From assembly GCA_963737265.1 (NCBI GenBank), contig CAVTRY010000014.1, positions 256,001-320,000 on the forward strand: 64,000 bases of DNA. Reading direction: 5' to 3'. The stretch's first letter is position 1. Each line of letters opens with the position of its first letter. The notes beneath the pieces are model-generated. The model had not been told where the DNA came from. It searched no databases and worked only from the letters and a program-made list of their open reading frames with translations. This document shows, one piece after another, positions 20,743 to 33,608 of this stretch. Source of the DNA: an uncultured delta proteobacterium (lineage in GTDB: Bacteria; Myxococcota_A; Polyangia; Fen-1088). Position numbers and translations under genes: made by a program.

Positions 20743-22917
20743 CTACGATGGTTCAGGCAAAGCTGGCGGCAAGACCGCTGCAACCACCGGCGGGGTCTTC
20801 TCCACCGGGGCCGACTTCATGTCGGCCTTGGCATCGGCCTTGCCGTTGCCGTCGCCATTGGATGGCGTGCGTGCGGCTTCGGCGTCGCGCGCCTCGGCCC
20901 GGCGCTTTTCCCGCTTGCGTTTGAGCCCGCCGGTGAGAATTTCACCGATGAGCGAACGGTAGTCGATGTTCGCGGCGCTGGCGATGAGGCATAAGTCCGA
21001 ATAGTTCGGCGTGAGGCCCGGAAGCGGATTGACCTCGAGAACGTAGATGTCGCCAGCGTCGTCCATGCGCAGATCCACGCGCGCGACGTCGCGACAATCG
21101 AGCGCGACGAACGTTTCGCGCGCGATTCGTTCCATCGACTTGAGCTCTGCTGGCGCAAGCTGGGCCGGGCACTGGTAGTAGACGTGCTTTTCCCATTCCT
21201 GCTTGATTTGGAAATCGTACACCGGCCGCGGATTGGCTTTGTCGAGGAAGATGATTTCCATGGGCGGCAGCACGCGTGGCCGCTTGTCGCCGAGCAGGCC
21301 GACGGTGAATTCGCGACCCGCGATATAGTACTCGATGAGCGCGGGCTGGCGATAGCGTTCGAGTAGCTCGCGCACCACCTGGCGCAAGGATTCCTCGTCG
21401 TCGACCACCGAGGCGTGGGCGCTCACACCCTTGGACGAGCCCTCCTGGTTGGGCTTCACGATAAGGGGAAACTTCATCTTCGGCGAAAGCCGCTCGCGCC
21501 CGGTTTCCATGACCTGAAACTCCGGGGTAAGGATGCCATGCTGGCGCAGCACGCGCTTGGACAGGGCCTTGTCGAGCGCAATGGATAGCGTCGCCGCGTC
21601 CGAGCCGGTGTAGGGAATGCCCATGAGCTCGCACAGCGCGGGCACGGCGGCCTCGCGGTTGCGGCCGGAAACGCCCTCGGCGATGTTGAAAACGATATCT
21701 ACCGGCGCGTCCATGAGCTGGCGAGGCAACTCGGCCGTGGCCTCGAGCGGGACGACCACATGACCGTAACTTTCGAGTGCCTCGCGAATGGCGTCGATGG
21801 TCTCGGGCGCGTCGTATTCGGCCTCGCTGTCGTTGCCGCCTTTGGTGTCCACGCGCTTGACGTTGTAGGTGAAACCGATACGCAGAGGTTCGGGCTGGCG
21901 CTTGCGCCGTCCCACCTGGGGCACCGTCAGTCCCTGGCGGCGCGCCGCACTGGCGACCACGGCCCCGAGGGTGGCTTCGTAGTCGAGGCCTTCGCGCGCT
22001 GTGGCGGAGAACGTGCTCGAGCCCCGTTCGAGCGAGGGCAGGGCGTTGATTTCCAGCAGGTAGATACGACCGTCCTCGCCGAGCCGGAAGTCGATCCGGC
22101 ATAGGTCGCGAATGCCGAGGGTGCGGATGGCTAATTTGGACAGGGCGCGCAGGCGCGCCACGACGTCGCGCTGCAGATCGGGCGGGCAACGCACGGACAC
22201 GCGGTTGGCGTCGGTGGATTTAAGGCGGTAGTCGTAGATGTTGAAGCGACTGCGCACGCTCGGATCGATGACGTAATCGACGGGCGTCAGCACACCCTCG
22301 TCGCCCACGCCTTCGACGAAGGGCACGGTCACATCGGTGCCGGGGATGAATTCCTCGACCAGCACGCCGGCCGGATATTTGCGCAAGGTGCGGGGAAGCA
22401 ATTCGAGCAGGGCGCGCGCATCGCGAGCCACGGCTTCGTCGCTGATGCCCTTGGACGAGCCTTCGTAGTTGGGCTTGACGATGACCGGAAACGACAGGCC
22501 GAGCATGCCGGTGTCGCGACCGCGCTGCATGTCGTCTGGAACCACCATGCGCGCGCGGGGCGTGTCGATACCCTGGGCGCCGAGGACGAGCTTGGTCATC
22601 CACTTGTCGAGCGTCACCGTCATGGCGTAGGCGTCTGAACCGGTGTAGGGGAAGCCGAGCTCTTCGAACAGCGCCGGGTAGAAGGCTTCGCGTGTGCGGC
22701 CGCGGCGGCCCTCGGCGGTGTTGAAGATCAGATCGGGTCCGAACGATTCGATGCGCGCTGCCAGGTGCGATGCCGGGCCGGTGACCTCGATCTTTTCCAC
22801 CTCGTGCCCACCTGCGCGCAGACCGTTGGCTATGGCATCGACGGTTTCAACGCTATCGAATTCGGCCTCGTCCTCGCTGTCGGTTAGACGGAGGTTGTGG
22901 GTAAATGCGATCTTCAC
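20743..22917 (-). CDS. Tandem Ddl-like ATP-grasp ligase (two modules)
   Basis: Two copies of FN.AEG..GR.REA, PYTGSD, VKPN.EGSSKG, R.D.R, LE.N.LP. Confidence 0.9.
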   Translation of the reverse strand: MKIAFTHNLRLTDSEDEAEFDSVETVDAIANGLRAGGHEVEKIEVTGPASHLAARIESFGPDLIFNTAEGRRGRTREAFYPALFEELGFPYTGSDAYAMTVTLDKWMTKLVLGAQGIDTPRARMVVPDDMQRGRDTGMLGLSFPVIVKPNYEGSSKGISDEAVARDARALLELLPRTLRKYPAGVLVEEFIPGTDVTVPFVEGVGDEGVLTPVDYVIDPSVRSRFNIYDYRLKSTDANRVSVRCPPDLQRDVVARLRALSKLAIRTLGIRDLCRIDFRLGEDGRIYLLEINALPSLERGSSTFSATAREGLDYEATLGAVVASAARRQGLTVPQVGRRKRQPEPLRIGFTYNVKRVDTKGGNDSEAEYDAPETIDAIREALESYGHVVVPLEATAELPRQLMDAPVDIVFNIAEGVSGRNREAAVPALCELMGIPYTGSDAATLSIALDKALSKRVLRQHGILTPEFQVMETGRERLSPKMKFPLIVKPNQEGSSKGVSAHASVVDDEESLRQVVRELLERYRQPALIEYYIAGREFTVGLLGDKRPRVLPPMEIIFLDKANPRPVYDFQIKQEWEKHVYYQCPAQLAPAELKSMERIARETFVALDCRDVARVDLRMDDAGDIYVLEVNPLPGLTPNYSDLCLIASAANIDYRSLIGEILTGGLKRKREKRRAEARDAEAARTPSNGDGNGKADAKADMKSAPVEKTPPVVAAVLPPALPEPS

Positions 22918-23020
22918 TCTGTCGTCGCCACCCGCATGGGCTTGCCTTCTAAGGATAACAACTTAACCAAAAATGAACCGTCCCCGTCAACCGACAATCT
23001 CTCGCGACACCAGGTATTTG

Positions 23021-24796
23021 CTAGCCAAGCAAGATTCCGCCGTGGCTGCGCAGAGCTCCCGCTACTTTATCTTCGAGCGACTTGAGGTCTTCGTTGGGCC
23101 GGACGAGGTAGGCATCGACGCCCAGCTCGAAGGCCTCTTTGACGGTTTCGTACGACGGGTAGGCCGTGTAGAGCACTGACGCGCAATGGGGCAGTAGACG
23201 CTGCGCCTGTTCAATCACGCGCAAACCCGACATACCGGGCAGGTTTCGGTCCGCGATGACGAGGTCGAAGTGGTCGATTTTCAGCAAGCTCAGCGCATCG
23301 TCGCCGTTGGAGGCGGCGGACACGTCGTAGCTACGGCCGAGAAACTCAGCCATGAGCTGACGCCGACTGCCTTCGATTTCGACCACCAGGATGCGAACCC
23401 GCTTCTCTCTCTCCTCCGCGGTGGGTCGGGTCCGCGCCAACTGTTCGTTGCGTCGGGAGAGCGCGCGCCGGATGCGGAAACGCAGGGCTTCGACATCGCG
23501 AATGGGCTTTTCGATGTAGTCCTGCGCGCCGATGTCCAAGGCCTCGATCGCCGAATCGTAGGATGAATAGCCGGTGATCATGACGACCGCGGGTGGAGGG
23601 TCGAGGCCGCGGGCGATGCGCAGAACTTCGAGCCCCGAAGCACCGGGCAGGTTCTTGTCGGTGAGCACGAGGTCGAAGCTGCGCTTCCGCATCAGGTCGA
23701 TGGCTTCTTCGGCCGAGGCTGCCGTGGTCACGCGGTAACCGCTCCGGCGCAAAAGCTCGCGCAGCACGGTAAGCACGACGACTTCGTCATCGACCACGAG
23801 CACTTCGTGGGCAGAGGGAACGATGGCGGATGGGCCTTTCGCCGTCGCGTCGGCAATCAGGCGTGCGTCGAGATCCTGGGTCGGCGCCGGAACGATCCGC
23901 GTGGGATCTTCCATGAAACCGAAGCGGGTCAGCGTTTCGGCGAGCTGGCGGCCGGTGAGCTCGGCACGCCGGCGTGTGGCGGCGGCGGCTACCACGCGGC
24001 CGAGGTTGGGCAAGCGGTCGCGTCCAAGATAGGCGCGCACGCCACCGTAAATAGCCGCGGAAAGGCGGTCGGCCGTCGGTGTTGAATCCACGGCCACCAC
24101 GGCGGCTCCGGCGGAACGATGGCGTGCCTCGCGCAGGCGCAGCTCCACGCGATCCGCGGCACCCAGGCCGACGACGATAACGTCGGCTTGGCCCTGCGAC
24201 GGGGCGCCCCCCGTGACGCGGGCAAGCTCTCCATCGCCCAGCACGGCCACCACGGGATCGAGCAAACTCGCTTCGAGCACCGAGGCCAGCGCGCCTTCCA
24301 GCGCCGGTTCGAGGGTGCGAAGCGCGGCACGATTGCGCGCTATCGCGTGGCTCAGCATGAGCGCGCGGGTGCGGGCGCGGCGACAAGAAGCGAGGTAGCG
24401 AAGATGGGCACGGAACAGAGCATCGCTGGCGGGCAGCGGCCGGGGAAGGACCGCGGTGGCGTCCTGCGAGAACATCTCCGAGGCTTGCGCGGGATCGCCG
24501 GCAATGACCGAGACGATGTCGGCGAAGGGCCGAATTTCGCGGGCTGCCGCAAAAACGTTGCGCTGCAAGTAGGAGGTGTCCTGATCGAGTACGACGAGCT
24601 CGAAAGACTCCTCGGCCAACCGCTCGAGCGCGATTTCCGCGGAAGGTATTTCCACGACCTCGCCTTCGGCACTGAGCGCCGCCACCATCCGGCCGCGATC
24701 CGACGCCACGGCCACGCCCACCAAGAAACGTTCCTTGGAAAGACGGGCCGCGGCGCGAAGCGCGACCAGGACTTCTGCGGAGCCGGGAGCCGACAT
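23021..24796 (-). CDS. Multi-receiver response regulator
   Basis: VLVVDDE...DLVLTDKNLPG...ITG...YIEKP; second REC DLVIADRNLPG; degenerate N-terminal REC-like segments. Confidence 0.85.
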   Translation of the reverse strand: MSAPGSAEVLVALRAAARLSKERFLVGVAVASDRGRMVAALSAEGEVVEIPSAEIALERLAEESFELVVLDQDTSYLQRNVFAAAREIRPFADIVSVIAGDPAQASEMFSQDATAVLPRPLPASDALFRAHLRYLASCRRARTRALMLSHAIARNRAALRTLEPALEGALASVLEASLLDPVVAVLGDGELARVTGGAPSQGQADVIVVGLGAADRVELRLREARHRSAGAAVVAVDSTPTADRLSAAIYGGVRAYLGRDRLPNLGRVVAAAATRRRAELTGRQLAETLTRFGFMEDPTRIVPAPTQDLDARLIADATAKGPSAIVPSAHEVLVVDDEVVVLTVLRELLRRSGYRVTTAASAEEAIDLMRKRSFDLVLTDKNLPGASGLEVLRIARGLDPPPAVVMITGYSSYDSAIEALDIGAQDYIEKPIRDVEALRFRIRRALSRRNEQLARTRPTAEEREKRVRILVVEIEGSRRQLMAEFLGRSYDVSAASNGDDALSLLKIDHFDLVIADRNLPGMSGLRVIEQAQRLLPHCASVLYTAYPSYETVKEAFELGVDAYLVRPNEDLKSLEDKVAGALRSHGGILLG

Positions 24797-24891
24797 CAGG
24801 CCCTATTCTAGGACACGGCTTCGCGAAGTGATCACTTAGATGACGAAAACCGTGCCGAACGCCAACACGGCGACCAACACGGCGGCCAACA

Positions 24892-25587
24892 CTACGCCAA
24901 CGACCGCAGACCTTCTCGGTCGGCCAGGATCACCTTGCGGCCCTCGGTGTGGATGAGGCCCTTGCGCTTGAACTGCGACAACGTCAGGGACACCGTCTCG
25001 CGGGTCGACCCGATGAGGTTGGCCATCTCTTGATGGGTAATCTTGAGTCCCAACACCAGGCCGCGTCGGTGCTCGACCCCGTGGTCCGACCCCAGACGCA
25101 AAAGCAACTCCGCCAGCTTCGACCCGACGTCCTTGAACACCAACTGTTCCACTTTCGCCTGCAGGCCCCGCCACCGGCTGATGAGCGCGCGCACGAAGGG
25201 GTAGGCAACCTGGGCGTGGCCGGCGATCAGACGATCGAGCCCATTGCGATCCACTTCGACGCCCGTCGTCGCCTCCATCGCCTCGACCATTTCCTCGCGC
25301 GGGCCGCCTTCGAGCAGGCAAGTTTCGCCGAAAAAATCGCCGCTGGTACGGTAGGCGAGCGTCAGCTCTTTCCCGTCGCGTGTGACCTTGGAAACCTTGA
25401 CCCGGCCGTTGGCGATGAAGTGCACGCTGGCCGCGCGATCGCCGGGCAAATACACCACCTGGCGCGCGCGATAGCTTTGGGTTTGGGCGCTTGCCGCGAG
25501 CTTGGCCAGGGTGTCAGCCGGCGCGTCGAACAGCACGGGACACTTGCGCAAAATCTGAATTGCGCGCTTCTCTTCGGCTTGGGGCAT
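24892..25587 (-). CDS. Crp/Fnr family transcriptional regulator
   Basis: cNMP domain GDFFGE; HTH ITHQEMANLIGSTRETVS. Confidence 0.93.
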   Translation of the reverse strand: MPQAEEKRAIQILRKCPVLFDAPADTLAKLAASAQTQSYRARQVVYLPGDRAASVHFIANGRVKVSKVTRDGKELTLAYRTSGDFFGETCLLEGGPREEMVEAMEATTGVEVDRNGLDRLIAGHAQVAYPFVRALISRWRGLQAKVEQLVFKDVGSKLAELLLRLGSDHGVEHRRGLVLGLKITHQEMANLIGSTRETVSLTLSQFKRKGLIHTEGRKVILADREGLRSLA

Positions 25588-25641
25588 AGGTCAGCAATAC
25601 CAAGATCACGAAGTCCACGGCAACAAAAATTGTCATCTGGA

Positions 25642-27555
25642 CTACATTTCGCGTTTTCGGCGCGCACCCCTAACCAGCATGAGCCCACCGCCAACAAGCG
25701 CTAGCGAGGCCAGAACGATGAGGGTGATGGCGCGGTGGCCAAGCGATTCCATGCGCTGGTCGAGCCGGCTGCGGGCAAGGGTAATGAGGATGGCATTGTT
25801 GCAGAAGTGGGCCAGCATCGAGGGGACGACGGAGCCACACTCGAGCGCAATCCAACTCAAAAGAATGCCCAGAATCGCGGTTGGGATGAGCCGGTAGAGA
25901 TCGAGGTGAAAGAGGCCGAACAGCAAGCCGGTGATCGCCGCTGCCGCCACGGCGTCGAGGCGCGTGCGCAGTCCGCGCAAGATCGGTCCGCGAAAGACGG
26001 CTTCCTCGCAGATGGCGGGGCTGACCGCCACGAGCAATAAGGTGCCGATCAAGCCGCGGCTCCCGTCGAGCGGAACGAGCGACCGGCGCAGTTGTTCCAG
26101 CATCTCCTTGGGCACGGGCACCAGCCACTCGCTGAAAACGGCGACCGTGGCCCAGGCGCCGCAGCCGACGAGGGCGGCACCCAGCAAGGCGCGACCCGCC
26201 GGGCGAGTCAAGCCCACGACCTTGGCGAATCCCTGGCCGGAAACGCGAGCGAACAGGAACACGAGTCCCAAAAGACCGATCCATTCCGCCGCCAGCAGCC
26301 CCGCGGCCAGATGATGCTGCTCGATGGGCAGGAAGACGAAGTAGAGCAGGAGAAAGGCGAGGCCGAAAAGCGTCAGGGCATCGCCAGCCGTGGTTGTTCG
26401 TGTCGCGCTGCCGGGCTGGGCCTGGCGGCGGGGCGCGGGAACCATGAAGCGTTCGGAATCATAGATGCGCGCGGCGACGGCGAGCGCCGCGGCGGCAAAA
26501 ACCAAGGTGGACAGCAGCGTGGCAAGTCCTCCCGTCCATTGCGCGCGCCCCACCATGAGATCGCGAGCGAGCAGGGTGACGTTCATCCCCGGGATCCACG
26601 CCGCAATTCCGGCTAGACGGTATTCACCGATGGCGCCGGCCATGGCGGGCGCGACGGTGAGAAAGTAGACTGGCAATAGAAGTGTCTGCGCCTCCTTTAA
26701 TGTACGGGCGGTGGCGCCCAGGGCGACGAAGGCCGCCGCGAAGAGAAGGGCGGCGGGGAAAATCACCAGGCTGGCCGCCAGGGCATGGCCCCAAGGCACG
26801 TCGGGCACGACGTGCTGAGCCGCCGCTAGCCGCAGGATCTGCATCAACGTGATGGCCATCGACGCCAGGTTCAGCAGGCCCGTCAGGGCGGCGAGGGTCG
26901 CTACCGCCAAGACCTTGCCGAACATCAAGTCGAAACGCTGGATGGGCGAGCACAGAACGGTCTCGAGGGTTCCGCGCTCGCGCTCGCCAGCGGTCACGTC
27001 GATGGCGGGGTAAAAGGCACCGAGGAGCACCATCAGCACCACGAAGAGCGGCAGGGCCTTGGAAAGCAAGTAGCCGCCTACGCGTGCCTCGGGCGCGATG
27101 CTGCGCCGGTCGGCGGTAAGGCTGGGGGCGCAGCCATCGGGCAATCCCTTGGCGATGAGGTCGCTAAGACGTTCCTCGGCCACGCGGGATTCGTCGCGGC
27201 TGGCGTCGTAGACCAGGGTTAGCTTGGTGGCGTCGCGGCCGTCGCGTTCGATGAGGGCATCGAGACCGCCACCCTCGATATCGGCGGCGGTGCCGGTGGG
27301 TAAGAGGACGAAAAGCGTTGGATTTTGTCGGATCCGCGCCGCAAGGGCGTGGTCGAGCCCGCTGCCGACCAGAGCGACACTGGATGGGCGTTGCTCGCGC
27401 TGTTTGTCGCGGCCGGTGGCGACTTGGGCCGCGAGCAAGGAAAGCAAGGGGTACACGACCAGGGGTAGCAGAATCATGATGGCGAGCGTGCGCCGGTCAC
27501 GCAGGGCTTCGCGCAACTCCTTGGCGAGCGTGATGGTGACGTGACGAAGGTTCAC
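25642..27555 (-). CDS. NatB-like ABC permease fused to CPBP (CAAX) intramembrane protease
   Basis: KELREALRDRRT, AGERERGTLE; C-terminal PAICEE..FRG, FGLFH, H..NN. Confidence 0.88.
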   Translation of the reverse strand: MNLRHVTITLAKELREALRDRRTLAIMILLPLVVYPLLSLLAAQVATGRDKQREQRPSSVALVGSGLDHALAARIRQNPTLFVLLPTGTAADIEGGGLDALIERDGRDATKLTLVYDASRDESRVAEERLSDLIAKGLPDGCAPSLTADRRSIAPEARVGGYLLSKALPLFVVLMVLLGAFYPAIDVTAGERERGTLETVLCSPIQRFDLMFGKVLAVATLAALTGLLNLASMAITLMQILRLAAAQHVVPDVPWGHALAASLVIFPAALLFAAAFVALGATARTLKEAQTLLLPVYFLTVAPAMAGAIGEYRLAGIAAWIPGMNVTLLARDLMVGRAQWTGGLATLLSTLVFAAAALAVAARIYDSERFMVPAPRRQAQPGSATRTTTAGDALTLFGLAFLLLYFVFLPIEQHHLAAGLLAAEWIGLLGLVFLFARVSGQGFAKVVGLTRPAGRALLGAALVGCGAWATVAVFSEWLVPVPKEMLEQLRRSLVPLDGSRGLIGTLLLVAVSPAICEEAVFRGPILRGLRTRLDAVAAAAITGLLFGLFHLDLYRLIPTAILGILLSWIALECGSVVPSMLAHFCNNAILITLARSRLDQRMESLGHRAITLIVLASLALVGGGLMLVRGARRKREM

Positions 27556-28289
27556 GTCGGGGCTCCGCGGTCTTCCACCAGCTTGAGAAAGGCCTCCTCA
27601 AGCGTCCCTGCGCCCAAGCTGGCGCGGATCGCGGATGGGGTTCCTTCGCGCAGAAGCCGGCCGCAGTGTAGAAAGCCGATGCGGTCGCACAGCAAATCGG
27701 CTTCCGCCAGGTAGTGCGTGGAAAACAGGATGGCCTTGCCGCGCGCGCTCTCGCCCAGGATGAAGTCACGCATGAATCGGCTGGCCAGCACATCGAGGCC
27801 GCTCGTCGGCTCGTCGAGAATCAGCACTGCGGGGTCATGAAGAACGGCGCGCGCGATGGACACGCGCTGGCGCTCGCCGGTCGAGAGCACCTCGCAACGG
27901 CGGTCGAAAATTGCGTCGAGTGCCAGGTCACGAGCGAGCACCTTGGCGCGCGCGCGGATCTGGCGACGGGAAAGACCGTGGATTTGTCCGAAATAGTCGA
28001 GCATTTCGCGCGGCGAGAGCCGGCCGAAGAGACCGGTGCTGCCGCTTAGGTAGCCAAGCGCGGTCTTGGCCGAAGCGGACTTGGCGTCGTGGCCGGCAAG
28101 AGTCGCCCGACCGCTTGTCGGGGAAAGCAAGCCGGCCAGCATTCGCAGCGCTGTCGTCTTGCCAGCGCCATTGGGGCCGAGCAGCCCATAGATTTCGCCC
28201 CCCGGTATCGCCAGCGAGAGCTCAACCACGGCACTCACGGCGCCGAAGGACTTCGATGCGTTGTCGAGAACCGCGAGAGGTTCGGGCAT
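27552..28289 (-). CDS. NatA-like ABC transporter ATP-binding protein
   Basis: GPNGAGKT, LSTGERQR, ILDEPT, FSTH. Confidence 0.93.
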   Translation of the reverse strand: MPEPLAVLDNASKSFGAVSAVVELSLAIPGGEIYGLLGPNGAGKTTALRMLAGLLSPTSGRATLAGHDAKSASAKTALGYLSGSTGLFGRLSPREMLDYFGQIHGLSRRQIRARAKVLARDLALDAIFDRRCEVLSTGERQRVSIARAVLHDPAVLILDEPTSGLDVLASRFMRDFILGESARGKAILFSTHYLAEADLLCDRIGFLHCGRLLREGTPSAIRASLGAGTLEEAFLKLVEDRGAPT

Positions 28290-28406
28290 GGTGTGCGCCG
28301 GTCCCACTACCCACACCCACGGCAAAAGGAAGAGCGAAAGGAAGAGGAAGCGCCCAGGATCGCGCCTGCCCGAAGCAGCGCGATCCCGAGTCGTTCCCAG
28401 TTGCTA

Positions 28407-28718
28407 CTACGCGACGGCGTCTTTGGCTGCCTTGACCGGACGGGCTTTGATGACCTTGCGGGCTGGCTTTGCCTTGAAGACGGCTTCCAGGCCGGTGAAG
28501 GGATTGATGCCCTTGCGCTCTTTGGTCGCGGGCTTCTTCACCACGACCATACGAACCAAGCCTGGCAGAACGAAGATTCCGTTCTTCTTGAGCTCGGTGT
28601 GGCCGATGGCAGCGAACGTTTCGAGCACGCCTTTGACATCCTTGCGGGTGAGCTTTCCGGCGGACTTGTCAGCGATCGTCTGAACTAGGGCTGATTTGGA
28701 CAGGGGACCTTTGGGCAT
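28407..28718 (-). CDS. HU family DNA-binding protein
   Basis: LSKSALVQTIA...KPATKERKGINPFTG...FKAKPA. Confidence 0.9.
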   Translation of the reverse strand: MPKGPLSKSALVQTIADKSAGKLTRKDVKGVLETFAAIGHTELKKNGIFVLPGLVRMVVVKKPATKERKGINPFTGLEAVFKAKPARKVIKARPVKAAKDAVA

Positions 28719-28937
28719 CTTCACTCCTCTCGATTGAATGGGCGCTGGACGCTGCCGTTTGCCCGGCCATGTCGGCCGTACCTCGAACCGGCACCGCCGT
28801 GCGAACGACTGCTCGGCGCACTCTACTCGAAATCCCGACGGGCGTGTCAGCAAAAAACGCCTAAAAACTGGACGTTTCGTTCTCGTTTCGCAAAAAGGTG
28901 CGAGGAATACGCACGTTTGCGGTGGTCCGTCCACCGG

Positions 28938-30060
28938 CTACAGCTGTGTCTTGAGGGCCCGGCGGGAGGCGCGGCGCTCGACGGCGAGGTCGAGGAGGCG
29001 GCTTACGAGCTCTTGGATCGGCACCCCCGAGGCTTCCCACATCCTGGGATACATCGAGATGGCGGTGAATCCGGGGATGGTGTTGACCTCGTTCACGTAG
29101 AGGTCGGCGTGGTCTCGGTCGAGGAAGAAATCCACGCGCGCCATGCCCGCCAGCTCCAGCGCGCGGAAAGTCTCGACGGCAAGGCCGCGCACGCGGGCGG
29201 TAAGCTCCGGCGAAGATATCCGCCGGAATCTTCGCATCGGCGCCGTCGGCGTCCACGTACTTGGCGTCGTAGGAATAGAATCCGTCCTTGTGGTGCACGA
29301 CGATCTCGGCCGGCATGGACGCGATGGCTTCGTCGTTGCCGAGTACGGCGCACTCGATCTCGCGCGCGTTCACGGCCGCTTCGACCAGAACCTTGGTGTC
29401 GTAGCTTAGGGCCGTTCGCACAGCCGGTCCGAGCTCGCCCGCGCTCTTGACTTTGCTCACGCCCACCGAGGAGCCCGCGTTGGCTGGCTTCACGAAGGCG
29501 GGAAAGCCCAGCTCGCCAGCGCGCGCGAGGCCAGCGGTCGGGTCGCGCTTCATGGCGTGCGCGGTGACCATGCGCCAGGGCACCACGGGAATTCCCGCCT
29601 GCGCGAGCAGTCGCTTGGCCACATCCTTGTCCATGCCGATGGCCGAGCCGAGGTGGCCCGGCCCAACGTAGGCGACATCGGCGAGCTCCAGCAGACCCTG
29701 GACGGTGCCATCCTCGCCGTAGGTTCCGTGCAGGACGGGAAACACGACGTCGTCGCTGGCCAAAACAGGGCGCGTTTCATCCGCAACGGTCGCGACCGCC
29801 GTGACCGCGCTTTCCGGGTGGACCGGCACGGTCAGCTCGCTTCCCGCTGCCACCAACTTGAGCATGCGCGGATCGCCGGTGGCATTGAGGAGAGTCTTCT
29901 CGGGCTCGATGCGCCAGTGGCCTTGTTTGTCGATGCCCACCAACAAGGGGTCGAACCGGTTGCGGTCGAGGGCCAGAAACACGTTGCGGGCGGAGAGCAG
30001 CGACACCTCGTGCTCCGCCGAACGACCGCCAAACAAGATGATGACTCGGGTCTTTTTCAC
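28938..30060 (-). CDS. ddl: D-alanine--D-alanine ligase (frameshift near 29220)
   Basis: FGGRSAEHEVS, LHGTYGEDG, GSSVGV, FYSYDAKY, then a shifted frame ARVDFF...NEVNTIPG..SMYP. Confidence 0.93.
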
Positions 30061-30091
30061 GTCCTTCTCTACTTTCCCGGATGCACGGGCA

Positions 30092-32178
<2,087 letters not shown>

Positions 32179-32184
32179 TTCCTA

Positions 32185-33537
32185 TCACGCCCTCCCGGCC
32201 ATGAGGCGTTTTACGACGGGCGAGATCGCGAGCAGCGCGATGCCGGCCGCAAAGGTGGACACCACGAACATCAGGAAGAAGTCCGCCTGGCCGCCCAGCA
32301 GGTGGAACACCTGGCCCTTTTCAACCTTTTCGACCGTGCCAGCGATGAAACCCGCCATCAGATCCGAGATGAACATGGAGAAGAACCACGCGCCCATGGC
32401 CAGCGATGCGAAGCGGGCGGGCGCGAGTTTGGTGACCATGGACAGGCCCACCGGCGAGAGACACAGCTCGCCGCAGGTGTGCAGCACGTAGGTGGCAATC
32501 AGCCACAGCGGACTGACACGGATGCCACCGTCGGATAGCCGCGCCCCGATGACCAGCACGACGAAGCCCGAACCGAGCAGAAACAACCCCAAGGCAAAAC
32601 GCACGGGCGTGCTGGGCGCGCGGTTGCGTGCCTCCACAGCCGTCCACAGCCACGCGAAAATGGGTGCGAGCAGGATTACCGAAATGGAATTCACCGATTG
32701 AAAATAGGGCGCGAGAAGATTGATGCCGAGGAACATGCGGCGGGTGCGTTCTTCGGCAAAGAAGGTCATGGACGATCCCGCCTGCTCGAACGCCATCCAA
32801 AAGAAGATGTTGAAGAAGGCCAGAATGGCGATGACGGCCACGCCTTTCTTTTCCTCGGCGGTAAGCGGCTGCTTTGCGCTGTCGTTGCGGCGGCCGGCGC
32901 GGCTGGCGGGCACGTCGCCGATGGTCCCGAGGAAACGCCGCTTGAACGCCAGATAGACAACGAGGCCCAGCACCATGCCGAACCCCGCGGCGCTGAAGCC
33001 GACGTGCCAGCTGTAGCGGTCGGCCAGCTTGGGACAGATGATCTGGCCGATGGACGCGCCCAGATTGATGCCCATGTAGAAGATGGTGAAGGCAGCGTCG
33101 CGCCGGCGATCGTTCTCGGAATAAAGCTGACCCACCATGGTCGAGATGTTCGACTTAAAAAAGCCGGTGCCGAGAATGATGAGCGCGAGCCCGATAAAGA
33201 ACGTTGGTTTGGCGGGCACGGCAAGACAAAAATGGCCCGAGGCGATGATAATGCCGCCGATGATGACCGAACGATGCGTGCCGATCAGGCGGTCGGCCAG
33301 GTATCCGCCGAGCAGCGGCGTAAGATAAACCAGGCCCTGGTACCAGCCGTAAAGGTGGCTCGCCTGCTCCTTGCTCCAGCCGAAACCGCCCGCACTGCTG
33401 ATGAGAAATAGGGTCAGAAACGCCCGCATTCCGTAGAACGAGAAACGCTCCCACATCTCGACGCCGAAGAGCAGGAACAGGCCAGGCGGCTGCTTGTCGG
33501 GCTTGTCGGGCTTCGGGCGCGGCGGGTTGCCATCCAT
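32185..33537 (-). CDS. POT family proton-dependent oligopeptide transporter
   Basis: EMWERFSFYG, GGYLADR, FYMGINLG, GELCLSPVG. Confidence 0.95.
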   Translation of the reverse strand: MDGNPPRPKPDKPDKQPPGLFLLFGVEMWERFSFYGMRAFLTLFLISSAGGFGWSKEQASHLYGWYQGLVYLTPLLGGYLADRLIGTHRSVIIGGIIIASGHFCLAVPAKPTFFIGLALIILGTGFFKSNISTMVGQLYSENDRRRDAAFTIFYMGINLGASIGQIICPKLADRYSWHVGFSAAGFGMVLGLVVYLAFKRRFLGTIGDVPASRAGRRNDSAKQPLTAEEKKGVAVIAILAFFNIFFWMAFEQAGSSMTFFAEERTRRMFLGINLLAPYFQSVNSISVILLAPIFAWLWTAVEARNRAPSTPVRFALGLFLLGSGFVVLVIGARLSDGGIRVSPLWLIATYVLHTCGELCLSPVGLSMVTKLAPARFASLAMGAWFFSMFISDLMAGFIAGTVEKVEKGQVFHLLGGQADFFLMFVVSTFAAGIALLAISPVVKRLMAGRA

Positions 33538-33608
33538 CGCTTCCGACGATTCAACGTCGATCCGCGATTTGCAACCTGGATCTTTTCGCCCGGTGATAGA
33601 TTTCGCGC

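Noticed and set aside
24892-25587. Naming the Crp/Fnr gene mrpC
   Set aside because: Only family-level motifs recognised; orthology not supportable
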